Notes: generated from the letters alone by a model not told the origin. A DNA stretch of 18,856 nt from a virus (IMGVR_UViG_2630968500_000001), one strand, 5' to 3'; shown: positions 1 through 8,513, counted from the first letter of the stretch. A program made the numbers and translations.

Positions 1-296
1 AAACCAAGGTTTTCGAGAGCCGTTTTCACCGTGCCATCCGATTTGATATCGCCAAACGGATTCTTGCGGCTTAACAGCAGCGCACGAAGCGCGGTAAGCA
101 ACTGGTCGTGCCGCGCCTTCTCCAGGCTGGCACCGGATGCCTCCACCACGCTGCAGAGTTCTTCCTGCAACATATCAAAGTAGTCATCATCCAGATCGGT
201 GGCAGGTGTGCCGGTCTGGGGGTTACCACGGGTAAAACCGTTCTTACCCGCGCCGAACTTATCCTTCTGCGCGGTTTTCGTGTCTATACGATGCAT
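1..296 (-). CDS. Tail fibre protein, N-terminal part (partial; 3' end lies beyond the window start)
   Basis: Minus-strand ATG at 296-294 preceded by GGAG (6-nt spacer), 3 nt after the stop of the upstream gene. Translation [60 protein letters not shown]... stays open to position 1. It resembles conserved N-terminal domains of enterobacterial phage tail fibres (recollection, not searched). Position after the baseplate genes fits. Confidence 0.55.
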   Translation of the reverse strand, partial: MHRIDTKTAQKDKFGAGKNGFTRGNPQTGTPATDLDDDYFDMLQEELCSVVEASGASLEKARHDQLLTALRALLLSRKNPFGDIKSDGTVKTALENLG

Positions 297-299
297 GGA

Positions 300-884
300 T
301 TACTCCGGATATTTAAAAATTACGTAGGTATGCGAAGGGCAGAGTTTGTTAAGCACGCACTCGACAACGGTGTCGCCCCAGATACGCAGTGCGGAATCAC
401 AGGGATCGCCACATGTCATCCAGGTGGTGTTGGTGGCGGCTGGCATGTTGACCTGCCAGTAATACCGCCATTCCGGCGCATTCACCGCGTCAGTACAGGC
501 CGATGAGCAGGTGAACGTGCTTTTATCGTATCGCGTGATAGTGGCGTCTGGTCTGCACAGGACAGCAAGCTGTGCAAGGTAAAAATCCTCATTGATGCCG
601 CCCGCCAGATTAACCTTCGCATCCAGCCGTTGCTGACGCTGGCGAAGGGTCGGTGTCCCTGCGGGAATACATTCATCCGGCAGACCGCACAGACGCTCCC
701 AGCGGTTTATCAGTTCAGTGGTGGTGCGCGGATCCAGCTCCCGCATCAGGGCATCCGCACGCTGATGAACACGGGTTAATGACGGTGCCGCACCTGCAAT
801 CGCCGGATCGCTGGCTGACCACGCCGGACCGGGCGGCAGCAGTGCCGACAACAGACGGATGTAATCATCGTTTGTCACGTCCAT
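300..884 (-). CDS. Mu gp48-like tail/baseplate protein (DUF2313/YmfQ-like)
   Basis: 194-aa ORF from the track ([23 protein letters not shown]...). Sits between the baseplate J-like gene and the tail fibre gene, as in Mu-type tail modules. Stop TAA at 302-300. Confidence 0.55.
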   Translation of the reverse strand: MDVTNDDYIRLLSALLPPGPAWSASDPAIAGAAPSLTRVHQRADALMRELDPRTTTELINRWERLCGLPDECIPAGTPTLRQRQQRLDAKVNLAGGINEDFYLAQLAVLCRPDATITRYDKSTFTCSSACTDAVNAPEWRYYWQVNMPAATNTTWMTCGDPCDSALRIWGDTVVECVLNKLCPSHTYVIFKYPE

Positions 885-1933
885 GAAATCGTCCCCAGAA
901 CCGCCAGTTCATTTTTTGCAATGGAGATATTGTCTGCCGGTGCAAGCAACTGATGGCTGTATTCCCCGTTCGCACCGGAAATCGCCTCACTGATACGCGA
1001 TACCTTCAGTTCTCCCTGCGGATAACCATCACGCAGCAGGAACGAACGCAACTCCGCGGTGATGGCAGCCCGTATTTCCGGTGTGTCCGGCGTCACACGG
1101 ATATGAAAATCCACCGTATGTGCCACCGGCCTGAACACATACAAATCAGAGCCTGCCACCGGGGCCAGTGGCCCGATATGTTGTCTTGCCGCCGTTTCCG
1201 TTGATTCTTCCGGAATGGGATTAATCAGGTCACTGCCGGCAATCATCACACCGACAGTTCCCGTTCCCATCCAGTGACGGTATGTCCATGCGCGGGTAAT
1301 GCCGGGCACTTCTTTAGCCCAGACGACATAGTCCCCGTCAGCCCCGCCCTGAGGCGTCCAGTAATACCGCTCAATGACGCGGGCGCGCCACGTTTCCAGC
1401 TCTTCAGTATCAAATCCGCCTGTCAGGGTGTCAGCCACACCGGAAGACGGCAGACCATTCACCGGCGTGACCAGGATTAATGCCGTACCGTCGTCAGCGT
1501 TACCGACCGCACCTGCACTTGAGCAGGCGATCGGCACGCGCAGGACACCACCGGAGCTGGTTGCATCGGCAGTTGCCGTGTACTGAACCAGGTCATCGCG
1601 CTGAATAACACTCCCGGCAGTCACCTTCAGGCCATCGCTGACACCTTCCCAGCGCATATACCCGCTGGCAGCCGTGGCCCCCTTGCGCGGACACCGTTTC
1701 ATCGCAGCATGTCGCGCCAGCCAGGACTCATCGCACAGGTCAGGCAGCATGTTCATTGCCAGATAATCGATGTAACCGTAAACCGTATGCAGCGCCGCCG
1801 CATACACCTTTGCCCGCACGTCTTCATCCATGCGCCGGAGCGTGTCGCTGACGTCCAGCCTGGCGAATAAATCGTTACGGAGCATACTGATATTTTCTGC
1901 CAGCGTCGGGCGCTGAAATTCACTGTCCGCCAT
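875..1933 (-). CDS. Baseplate J-like protein (Mu gp47-like)
   Basis: 352-aa ORF. Size and position after the gp46-like gene fit baseplate J family proteins. Overlaps neighbours by 10-14 bp, typical of translationally coupled tail genes. Confidence 0.7.
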   Translation of the reverse strand: MADSEFQRPTLAENISMLRNDLFARLDVSDTLRRMDEDVRAKVYAAALHTVYGYIDYLAMNMLPDLCDESWLARHAAMKRCPRKGATAASGYMRWEGVSDGLKVTAGSVIQRDDLVQYTATADATSSGGVLRVPIACSSAGAVGNADDGTALILVTPVNGLPSSGVADTLTGGFDTEELETWRARVIERYYWTPQGGADGDYVVWAKEVPGITRAWTYRHWMGTGTVGVMIAGSDLINPIPEESTETAARQHIGPLAPVAGSDLYVFRPVAHTVDFHIRVTPDTPEIRAAITAELRSFLLRDGYPQGELKVSRISEAISGANGEYSHQLLAPADNISIAKNELAVLGTISWT

Positions 1934-2348
1934 GCGTTATCGCACTCCACAGATCATCAAAAGAAATCATTACCGGTCCGTCACGACGCCAGAGAGTGAT
2001 ACTGTTACCCAGTTCATTAATCCCGGTGCGGCGGATATCCAGATCAATACGGGACACCACGCCGTCATCAATCATCCATTGCAGGCATTCGCGGATATAC
2101 CCCCTTACCGTCTGCACCAGCTGATTGGTCAGTTTGCTGCGCTGAAGCAGCCACAGTCGGGAGCCGTAACGGTCATTCTGTACCGCAGGCCAGGTATCCC
2201 CCCACCATCCCATCGGGACGTCGGCATTATCATCAGGCTCCGCCCGCCGCCAGGTGAACAGGGAAATCACCACGGCGCGGGTCAGCGGATCCAGCGGTGC
2301 GCTGGCGCAGGTGCGTTTACCGTTCACCGTCAGCCACAGTTCCATCAT
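1920..2348 (-). CDS. Mu gp46-like baseplate protein
   Basis: 142-aa ORF between the spike gene and the baseplate J gene. Start overlaps the upstream stop. Confidence 0.55.
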   Translation of the reverse strand: MMELWLTVNGKRTCASAPLDPLTRAVVISLFTWRRAEPDDNADVPMGWWGDTWPAVQNDRYGSRLWLLQRSKLTNQLVQTVRGYIRECLQWMIDDGVVSRIDLDIRRTGINELGNSITLWRRDGPVMISFDDLWSAITHGGQ

Positions 2349-2893
2349 GCCTCCATCGCTTTATCCGGTTTGTCGGTGTTACTGCCCTGACCGTTCTCTC
2401 TGTGACGATGGCCGTTATAGGCAAGCCGCATCGCTGACATGGTGGTGCCGCCGGAGTCGCACAGGTCTTTCACCTGTCCGGTCACTTCCAGGTCCATTTC
2501 AAAACGCGCTTTAGGTGAATTGCGAAACGTGATCGTTTTACCTGCACCGTCCACCACGATCCCCTCCCGGGTCAGCGTCACGGACTGCCCCTGATCGTCA
2601 TAGACAGCCACCTCACCCGTCTGCAGCCCTTTCAGGCGGTAGCGCCGGTCCGACACCGTAACAACCACCGCATGAGAACGGTCGCCATCCGGAAACAACA
2701 CCACCGCTTCCGCACCGCTGTTTGCCCTTGAGGTAAAACCGTAGGGTTCAAGATGTTCAACCCCGGCTTTGGGTTCACCGGCAATCAGGGACACATCCAC
2801 GGTCTGACATTTCGTGGCGGCACTGATGCTTTTCACCACGGCCCGCCCAATCAGGCCGAGGAGTTGTCGCTGCATGGCTTCAATCGTCCTCAT
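2345..2893 (-). CDS. Baseplate assembly protein V / central spike (Mu gp45-like)
   Basis: 182-aa ORF immediately downstream of the hub gene, with overlapping start/stop at 2893. Confidence 0.6.
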   Translation of the reverse strand: MRTIEAMQRQLLGLIGRAVVKSISAATKCQTVDVSLIAGEPKAGVEHLEPYGFTSRANSGAEAVVLFPDGDRSHAVVVTVSDRRYRLKGLQTGEVAVYDDQGQSVTLTREGIVVDGAGKTITFRNSPKARFEMDLEVTGQVKDLCDSGGTTMSAMRLAYNGHRHRENGQGSNTDKPDKAMEA

Positions 2894-3972
2894 CAGAACG
2901 GGTCCTCCTGTACTCTGGCTTTTTTCTTTTTCCGCGCGCCGGGGGCTTCGGGTTCAGGCAGATAAGCATCAGGTGGGCCGACACGGATTTCCGTCAGGGT
3001 GCCGTTCTGGTCCTGAGTAAACGTGACTTCCGAAACAAGCAGTTCGGTATTGTCGAAACCACAGACCGGATCAAAGACAATCACCCGCTGGTTGGGCTGC
3101 CACAGCGTACCGTTACCCTGTCGCCAGCCCTGCACCACATAGGTGGTTTCATCCGTCCGCGCCGCCCGTTGTCGGGCTTCAAAGTCCGCACGGGCAATAC
3201 AGCCTGCCCCCGTAGCCTGCCCTGTCTGCCTGATATACATCGGACGGTAACGGGCAATAAATGCGTCCTCTGTGCGGGCCCGCAGCGCGGTGGTGGTGGC
3301 CTCACCGAAATCATCGTCGTTTCCGGCACGCTGCCCCGCCACCTGGTAAACAGAAAACCGCTCCCGGATACTCTTCTCCGTATCGCAGGAAAGGATGTTT
3401 TCCCCGAGTACCAGCGCAGTATGTGCCCGCGTTGAGCCAATACCGCCAATCACCAGCCTGCCGTGCGGGTCGTCGTAAGCCAGTGCCTGCTGCTGACCGA
3501 GTATTTTGTTGATTACCTCAATCACCGTTTCACCGTGATCAGGCTGGACATCAGGAATAACACCCGACGGCGCACCGTTGTTCACCACCTCAATGCCGAA
3601 AGGCGCAGCAAGCGCCTGCGCAATCTGTACCAGCGATCGTCCATTAAACTGTGTCGGTTCGGCTGCACAGTCAATCAGGTCAGCGGTCAGACTGCGTCCG
3701 GCAATACCGGTGCTGACCGAACGGGCATCGTAACGAACGGGCGTCGCCTCCACCCAGCCGGTGATCACCAGCTCATCACCAATCAGCACCTCCACTTTTG
3801 AACCGTTTTTAATGCGCGGCTGAAGCGTGGTGATACCCTCATCTCCCGGCCACTGGCGGGTGATCTCCACACTGAAATCCCGCGCCAGCCGTTCAATACC
3901 GGCACCGATGCGCACCGATGTCCAGCCATTCCACTCCCGGCCATTTACCCGTAGCGTGACATTGTCGTTCAT
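2893..3972 (-). CDS. Tail/baseplate hub protein (Mu P / gpD-like, Mu gp44-like)
   Basis: 359-aa ORF in the expected position after the DNA circulation gene. Size fits gpD/Mu P family proteins. Confidence 0.65.
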   Translation of the reverse strand: MNDNVTLRVNGREWNGWTSVRIGAGIERLARDFSVEITRQWPGDEGITTLQPRIKNGSKVEVLIGDELVITGWVEATPVRYDARSVSTGIAGRSLTADLIDCAAEPTQFNGRSLVQIAQALAAPFGIEVVNNGAPSGVIPDVQPDHGETVIEVINKILGQQQALAYDDPHGRLVIGGIGSTRAHTALVLGENILSCDTEKSIRERFSVYQVAGQRAGNDDDFGEATTTALRARTEDAFIARYRPMYIRQTGQATGAGCIARADFEARQRAARTDETTYVVQGWRQGNGTLWQPNQRVIVFDPVCGFDNTELLVSEVTFTQDQNGTLTEIRVGPPDAYLPEPEAPGARKKKKARVQEDPF

Positions 3973-5297
3973 TGCACTGGCACCTTCAGAGGGATCACCG
4001 GCACAAAGCCGGGATGCGTAATGGCATTACGCCGGATAATGTCCGCGTCACGCGCCGCGTTATCAAACCAGGTCGCCGCCAGCACCAGCGCGGGTAAAAC
4101 CTCATCCGGTGTGCGCTGAATGATCCGAGCAGACTGTTCAAGGCGCGTGTTGATATCCGCATTCAGATCTGCTTTCACCCGGCGCAGCGCCAGAAACAGC
4201 GCATCACTGGTTGTACGGGACAACTCCTTATCAATTGCCGTATTCAGTGTGTCGCGAATGTCAGTCAGTTCTTCCCACGTCGGCAGGTCAACCGTGTTTT
4301 TCACCGCCGGTGCATTGTTCAGTGCCGGATGCGTGACAGAAGGCCAGCCGGTGCTCTGCGCGGGTGTTGTTGACTGCCCCATTGTGGCATTCTGCATCAC
4401 CGCGGAAGTTGTGGGCGCAGGCAATCGTGTGACGGCATACGCCGCTTCGCTGATTGCGGTCGTACGAAGGGTGCTGGCAACCACGTTACGCTGCTGCGTC
4501 GCCGTGGCGTTGGTTTTACTGTCCGTTTTCCAGACGCCGCGCGGTTGCAGATCGCTGCCGAGGCTGACACCGGAAAGCGTTTTGATCATGGTGACCAGGT
4601 CGCTGGCGTTACCATAAAGGCGTTTCCCGGTACGCCACATTTTCTGCACCTGCTCAACGAAATTTTTGCCTGACGATGGCGGCGGCAGAAGTACCGAGAT
4701 ATCCCCCTGCAACAGCCTGGCGGCATCCGATACGGCAGAATCCACCACTTTCATCGCATCAGAAACATACCCAAGCATTGTGCTGGCATTACCGACGACG
4801 TCGTTCTGCACAAAATCTGCCACGCCATCGATACTGAAACCACTGAAGCTGTCACTGATGCAGTCATCCAGTGCAGAACAGGATGACATCAGCGTCTGCG
4901 CCGTCGCCGCACCTGATGTGGGGTAAGAGAGTTCTCCCGCTTCGACAAACTTCAGGTCAAAGCGGACAATACGCCCTTCACTTTTCGATGTGCTGACCCG
5001 AACCTCTCCGTCAACACAGACTTTCAGCTCACCGTAAGTCGGGTGGACAAGCGTGCCGGGACCGGGTTTATTCAGCGCGTCAATCAGGCGATCGCGCTGG
5101 TCAAAGCAGTCATCTCCCACCACATAAGCTGTGATGGACGGGCGGAAAGTGATTTTCCCCAGGTCTTCGGTATAGGGTTTGTCGCGGTTCGGGTATTCGT
5201 GCGTTTCCACACGACGACCGGTTCCCGCACTTTCTTCTTCAACCTTAAACGGCACACCGCGAAATGACGCGTCCTGAAGCCTGTCTTTCCACGTCAT
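3969..5297 (-). CDS. DNA circulation protein (Mu gp43-like), start revised to an internal ATG
   Basis: The track ORF runs 3969..5345 (458 aa), but its first 16 codons contain a hairpin plus T-tract terminator (5311-5334). The ATG at 5297-5295 (MTWKDRLQDASFRGVPF...) has GGAG 8 nt upstream, so about 442 aa is more plausible. Confidence 0.6.
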   Translation of the reverse strand: MTWKDRLQDASFRGVPFKVEEESAGTGRRVETHEYPNRDKPYTEDLGKITFRPSITAYVVGDDCFDQRDRLIDALNKPGPGTLVHPTYGELKVCVDGEVRVSTSKSEGRIVRFDLKFVEAGELSYPTSGAATAQTLMSSCSALDDCISDSFSGFSIDGVADFVQNDVVGNASTMLGYVSDAMKVVDSAVSDAARLLQGDISVLLPPPSSGKNFVEQVQKMWRTGKRLYGNASDLVTMIKTLSGVSLGSDLQPRGVWKTDSKTNATATQQRNVVASTLRTTAISEAAYAVTRLPAPTTSAVMQNATMGQSTTPAQSTGWPSVTHPALNNAPAVKNTVDLPTWEELTDIRDTLNTAIDKELSRTTSDALFLALRRVKADLNADINTRLEQSARIIQRTPDEVLPALVLAATWFDNAARDADIIRRNAITHPGFVPVIPLKVPVQ

Positions 5298-5310
5298 ATA
5301 AACTCCGGAT

Positions 5311-5334
5311 ATAAAAAAGCCCACCGAAGTGGGC
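5311..5334 (-). terminator. Intrinsic (Rho-independent) terminator of the moron gene
   Basis: Minus strand reads GCCCAC-TTCG-GTGGGC followed by TTTTTTAT: a perfect 6-bp GC-rich stem, 4-nt loop and 6-T tract. It lies 27 nt downstream of the moron stop codon (5363-5361). Confidence 0.65.
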
Positions 5335-5360
5335 ATGAAAGACATAAATTAATGTAAGGT

Positions 5361-5738
5361 TTACCCTGCTATTTTTTGAGCCAGATGAGCCTGCAATTTA
5401 TAAATGTTTGCTCCTTTACTGAACTGTTTTTTTATCGGTTCTGCAATACCAGAAATCCATATCTTCATTTCAGCATCAAGATCAAGATGCCCGGCGGTTT
5501 CAATAGAAAAGTTTGTCACAGATTTATAAGGAATCGAACGATACTCTACTTTTTTCCCTGTGACACCCTGCTTATCAATAAAAATTAACCTTCTGTTAGT
5601 CAGAATAATTTGGTCACGAATGAGTTTATAGGCAAGTTCGACATTTTCTCCCTCACCTAAAACAGCCCCTAATTCCTGTTGTGCATCTGATGCATTAATT
5701 TCACCGGCATTACCTATAATGGCATGTAACAGACCCAT
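5361..5738 (-). CDS. Moron-encoded small soluble protein, bacterial PH-domain-like (bPH_1/DUF1696-like); function unknown
   Basis: Preferred start is the ATG at 5738-5736 with AAGGGA 6-7 nt upstream, giving about 125 aa (MGLLHAIIGNAGEINASDAQQELGAVLGEGENVELAYKLIRDQIILTNRRLIFIDKQGVTGKKVEYRSIPYKSVTNFSIETAGHLDLDAEMKIWISG...). The longer track ORF (from 5819) would overlap the tape measure gene. Hand-counted GC is about 35% over 5401-5640 versus 52-62% in flanking 60-bp samples. The TNRRLIFIDKQGVTGKK...IPY...ETAGHLDLD pattern matches my recollection of bPH_1 proteins. Confidence 0.55.
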   Translation of the reverse strand: MGLLHAIIGNAGEINASDAQQELGAVLGEGENVELAYKLIRDQIILTNRRLIFIDKQGVTGKKVEYRSIPYKSVTNFSIETAGHLDLDAEMKIWISGIAEPIKKQFSKGANIYKLQAHLAQKIAG

Positions 5739-5774
5739 AGATTTCCCTTCAGTTGATAACAAACTTAAAGACAA

Positions 5775-5801
5775 ATTATATCTGGTTCCGTCATCTGCCA
5801 A
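5775..5801 (-). promoter_or_regulatory. Candidate sigma70 promoter for the moron gene
   Basis: Minus strand has TTGGCA (5801-5796), a 15-nt spacer, then a perfect TATAAT (5780-5775), about 37 nt upstream of the moron ATG. The -35 element overlaps the last codons of the tape measure gene. The spacer is shorter than optimal. Confidence 0.35.
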
Positions 5802-7746
5802 TATGCGTATAGCCAACATCGTGATTTATATCAAAACCGCTGGATCGCGTTTCCATAACCCGCATACCCGGAGGCGAATTCACAAAAGAGACCTTGATCT
5901 CACCGTCAACTTTTGGCGCAGAAGCTTTGTTAATCATGAAGGGATTCGGGCCTGTAGCATCGGAGGCGTTGTTTGACTGAGCCGGATCTACCGCCGGATA
6001 AGGTGTGTATCCCCGCGCCGGTATTCCCGTCCCATAAGCATCATAAGCACCCGCGCCCCACTGCGCCGAGTTAATGGCATCGACCGTGTCACCGGAGGCG
6101 TTGTTTGACTGCGCCGGATAAGGAGTGTATCCCCGTGGCGGTATTCCCGTCCCATAAGCATCATAAGCACCCGCGCCCCACTGCGCCGAGTTAATGGCAT
6201 CGACCGTGTCACCGGAACTGTCGGTAAACCACTCAATAATTGGCTTCAGCTTGTCCCACATATCCTGAAACCACTTAACAACCGGTCCCCAGTTATTGAT
6301 TACCATCCCCAGCGGCGACCAGGCAAAAACCTTCTTCAGAAGTTCCCAGCCAGCCTCAAAATAAGGACCAATGGTTTCCCAGAGCTTCTTGAAATAAGGT
6401 CCAACAACATCCCAGTTAGTGATAATTAATCCCGCAGCCAAGGCAATCGCCGTCGCAATCATGCCAATCGGCGTCATCGACATGATCCTGCTGACGATAC
6501 TGATGGCACTGCCCACGCCCATCAATCCCAGTTTCAGAATCGCAAGACCGGCAGCAAGCCCGACGACGCCGCGAATAACCCGGGGATTTTCATCCGCAAA
6601 CTTCGTGAATTTTTCCCCCAACTCCCCCAGCCATTGCGTGATATTTTTGGCGTCACCAGAAAATGCGCCGCCAATAGCCGCAAGGCCGTTAGTTGCGGTC
6701 CCCGTCATTGCCTCCCACAGGTTGGACAGCGTACCAAGCTGTGCCTGAACACGTTTATTCAGGCTGGCCTGTTTATTCATCTTCTGCTGGATCTGATCGT
6801 AACCATCCTTTCCTTTATCGATTAGTGCATTGACCACCTGAAGGGTTTCGGCATCATCACCAAATATTGCCTTAAGTACGCCTGTTCGCTTAACGTCGGT
6901 CAGTTTTCGCAGCTTTGCCAGTTGCCTGAACATGTTATCAAGACCGCCAAAACTTCCTTTGCCGTCAGTAAAATCGAGCTGTACCCCGAGTTTCTGGCGG
7001 GCCATGACTTTATTGACGTCCCTGATTTTCTTAACGCTTAATCCGGACTGGATAACTTTTCGCAGGGCATTACCTGCCGACTCCCCGTTCATCCCCATCT
7101 GATCCATCATGACGCTGATGGGAGCAAGGCTCTGTGCAGCCTGAAGACCGTCCTTGTTCACCATCTTCAGAACAGAACTGGTTTTAGTGAAGAAGGACAA
7201 CATGTTGGTATCGTCAACGCCCAGATAAAACGCCTTCTGGATAGTGTCGAACAGCCCCATCATGTCTTCTGACGCCGTTCCGGTAGCATCCTGCATCTTT
7301 GCGGCAAACTCAGCAGCCGCTTCCGGTGTTTTTTTCAGTTGTACCGCAAGATAAGCTGTCGCTTTACCCACACCACCCAGAATGTTTTCTGCCGGGATCC
7401 CCTGACGCACCAGCATCTGCATCATGTTCTGGAAATCAGCCGTTGTACCGGGTAGCTGGTTACCCAGGCCAATAGCCAGTTTATTGATGTCCTGAAAGCT
7501 CTTTCCAACCTCGCCGTTCGCATCCATCATGGCGACTTTCAGCCCGGTGGCGGCGTTTTCCTGATCGGCATAAGATTTCAGGGAAAGCGTCAGACCCGCT
7601 GCCAATCCGCCACCAAGCGCCAGCCCACCCTGTGACGCTTCTTCCGCCTGGCGTTTAAATCCCCGGATTTTCTTTTGCATTTTCGACAGCGCGGGAGAAA
7701 GCCTGTCGACACCGGTGATCAACGCCTTAAGCTCAAATTCAGCCAT
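5791..7746 (-). CDS. Tail tape measure protein
   Basis: 651-aa ORF directly downstream of the frameshifted chaperone pair. Has a central hydrophobic segment (…GLAAGLAILKLGLMGVGSAISIV…TAIALAAGLIITNW…) and a C-terminal tandem repeat. Confidence 0.85.
   Translation of the reverse strand: MAEFELKALITGVDRLSPALSKMQKKIRGFKRQAEEASQGGLALGGGLAAGLTLSLKSYADQENAATGLKVAMMDANGEVGKSFQDINKLAIGLGNQLPGTTADFQNMMQMLVRQGIPAENILGGVGKATAYLAVQLKKTPEAAAEFAAKMQDATGTASEDMMGLFDTIQKAFYLGVDDTNMLSFFTKTSSVLKMVNKDGLQAAQSLAPISVMMDQMGMNGESAGNALRKVIQSGLSVKKIRDVNKVMARQKLGVQLDFTDGKGSFGGLDNMFRQLAKLRKLTDVKRTGVLKAIFGDDAETLQVVNALIDKGKDGYDQIQQKMNKQASLNKRVQAQLGTLSNLWEAMTGTATNGLAAIGGAFSGDAKNITQWLGELGEKFTKFADENPRVIRGVVGLAAGLAILKLGLMGVGSAISIVSRIMSMTPIGMIATAIALAAGLIITNWDVVGPYFKKLWETIGPYFEAGWELLKKVFAWSPLGMVINNWGPVVKWFQDMWDKLKPIIEWFTDSSGDTVDAINSAQWGAGAYDAYGTGIPPRGYTPYPAQSNNASGDTVDAINSAQWGAGAYDAYGTGIPARGYTPYPAVDPAQSNNASDATGPNPFMINKASAPKVDGEIKVSFVNSPPGMRVMETRSSGFDINHDVGYTHIGR
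5961..6216. repeat. In-frame tandem direct duplication (132 bp + 120 bp) inside the tape measure gene
   Basis: Copy 1 at 5961-6092 and copy 2 at 6093-6212 (the match continues 4 nt to 6216) are identical except for 3 substitutions (6004/6124, 6016/6136, 6018/6138) and a 12-bp indel (5980-5991). The encoded peptide SGDTVDAINSAQWGAGAYDAYGTGIP(P/A)RGYTPYPA...QSNNA is repeated. Confidence 0.9.
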
Positions 7747-7921
7747 GTGTGCGTTTCTCCTGCTCTATCCTGTTTGCCTGACTGACCAGCAAGGGAATTT
7801 CACTGATCGGCATATTCAGCAATTCGAAGGGATTAATGCGCCAGTAACTGGCGCAGTCAAAGAAGCGATCAGTGAGGTATTCAGCCGTCAGGCCTGGAGG
7901 AAAAAACCGGCCACAAGCCAC
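7739..7921 (-). CDS. -1 frame extension of the tail assembly chaperone (lambda gpGT analogue); expressed only as a frameshift fusion
   Basis: The 60-aa ORF is in the -1 frame relative to 7888..8157, has no convincing RBS of its own, and overlaps the slippery site. Its end overlaps the tape measure start (7746) by 8 bp. Predicted fusion is about 140 aa. Confidence 0.6.
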   Translation of the reverse strand: MACGRFFPPGLTAEYLTDRFFDCASYWRINPFELLNMPISEIPLLVSQANRIEQEKRTHG

Positions 7922-8157
7922 GCCGCTGCATTCAGGTCTGCCGGAGACATCTGGTCGACAGAGCTTTGCGGCACTTTCGCCAGCCGCACGATGTATTTCG
8001 ATACCACATGCGCCAGAAGTCTGACGGACTCATCCTGATTCATCTGGTAGGGATATCCCAGCTCGCGGACATCTTTCCCGGTGGGCTCATCAAACTCCAG
8101 TACGGAGAGTGTCTCGCCATGAGCGGTAATCGGTTTCTTTAACTCAAGCTCTTTCAT
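7888..8157 (-). CDS. Tail assembly chaperone (lambda gpG analogue; short product)
   Basis: 89-aa ORF between the tail tube and tape measure genes. It ends just past a slippery heptamer; stop TGA at 7890-7888. Confidence 0.7.
   Translation of the reverse strand: MKELELKKPITAHGETLSVLEFDEPTGKDVRELGYPYQMNQDESVRLLAHVVSKYIVRLAKVPQSSVDQMSPADLNAAAWLVAGFFLQA
7900..7906 (-). other. Programmed -1 ribosomal frameshift slippery heptamer T_TTT_TTC
   Basis: Minus strand reads GCC GGT TTT TTC CTC CAG GCC TGA in the zero frame (…AGFFLQA*). The heptamer T TTT TTC fits the X_XXY_YYZ rule, and a -1 slip continues into CCT CCA GGC… (PPGLTAEYL…), which is the downstream ORF. Confidence 0.65.
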
Positions 8158-8513
8158 TACTGGTAATCCCCTTCTTCACCGTGGAACTCAAGATCGACCG
8201 TGCCTTCTTCGGCATTATGGTTCGCTTCGCCGTGCAGCCAGGCAGACGACAGTACATAGACCTGACCGTTCGCCAGCTCGGCAGTGATGGTCATCTCATC
8301 AGACGAGGTGATTTTGCTCACCGGAAAATTCTTCGGCACCTTGAAGGTCCCTTTGACATAAGGTGCACGGTGAGTTTCCTTGCGGTCCACTGAACCGTCC
8401 AGGCCGATGATGTCATCGTTAACCGTTTTGTTCATGGGCACCTCAATGCCGCCGGTCAGCGATAGCTGCTGACCGTCAATTTTGAAATAACAGGTTCCCC
8501 CGATACGGGCCAT
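8157..8513 (-). CDS. Tail tube protein (Mu-like contractile tail)
   Basis: 118-aa ORF immediately after the sheath gene (overlapping start/stop at 8513) and before the chaperone. Size and position are typical of Mu-type tube proteins. Confidence 0.7.
   Translation of the reverse strand: MARIGGTCYFKIDGQQLSLTGGIEVPMNKTVNDDIIGLDGSVDRKETHRAPYVKGTFKVPKNFPVSKITSSDEMTITAELANGQVYVLSSAWLHGEANHNAEEGTVDLEFHGEEGDYQ

Noticed and set aside
108-506. Plus-strand ORFs throughout the window (for example 108..506, 1932..2390, 4120..4617, 10196..10786, 11473..12021, 14693..15268, 17001..17441)
   Set aside because: All lie antisense to longer, syntenic minus-strand genes in GC-rich DNA where long antisense open frames arise by chance. 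None has a convincing RBS or forms an operon. I treat them as shadow ORFs.
3081-3449. 122-aa minus-strand ORF nested in the hub gene (and similar nested ORFs such as 482..676, 1753..1950, 8992..9183, 9286..9486, 11326..11511, 12595..12855, 16289..16471, 16724..16930)
   Set aside because: Alternative-frame ORFs inside well-supported longer genes; no independent signals.
5361-5819. Long form of the moron ORF (152 aa starting at 5819)
   Set aside because: It would overlap the tape measure 3' end by 29 bp and begin inside the putative promoter. The internal ATG at 5738 has a well-placed AAGGGA RBS and gives a size typical of single-domain PH-like proteins.
5961-6216. Possible CRISPR-like repeat array
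   Set aside because: Only two copies of a ~120-bp unit, directly adjacent without spacers, inside a coding region. Not a CRISPR array.
5988-6236. 82-aa minus-strand ORF inside the tape measure repeat
   Set aside because: It is an alternative frame of the duplicated segment; its internal repetition is a by-product of the DNA duplication, not an independent gene.
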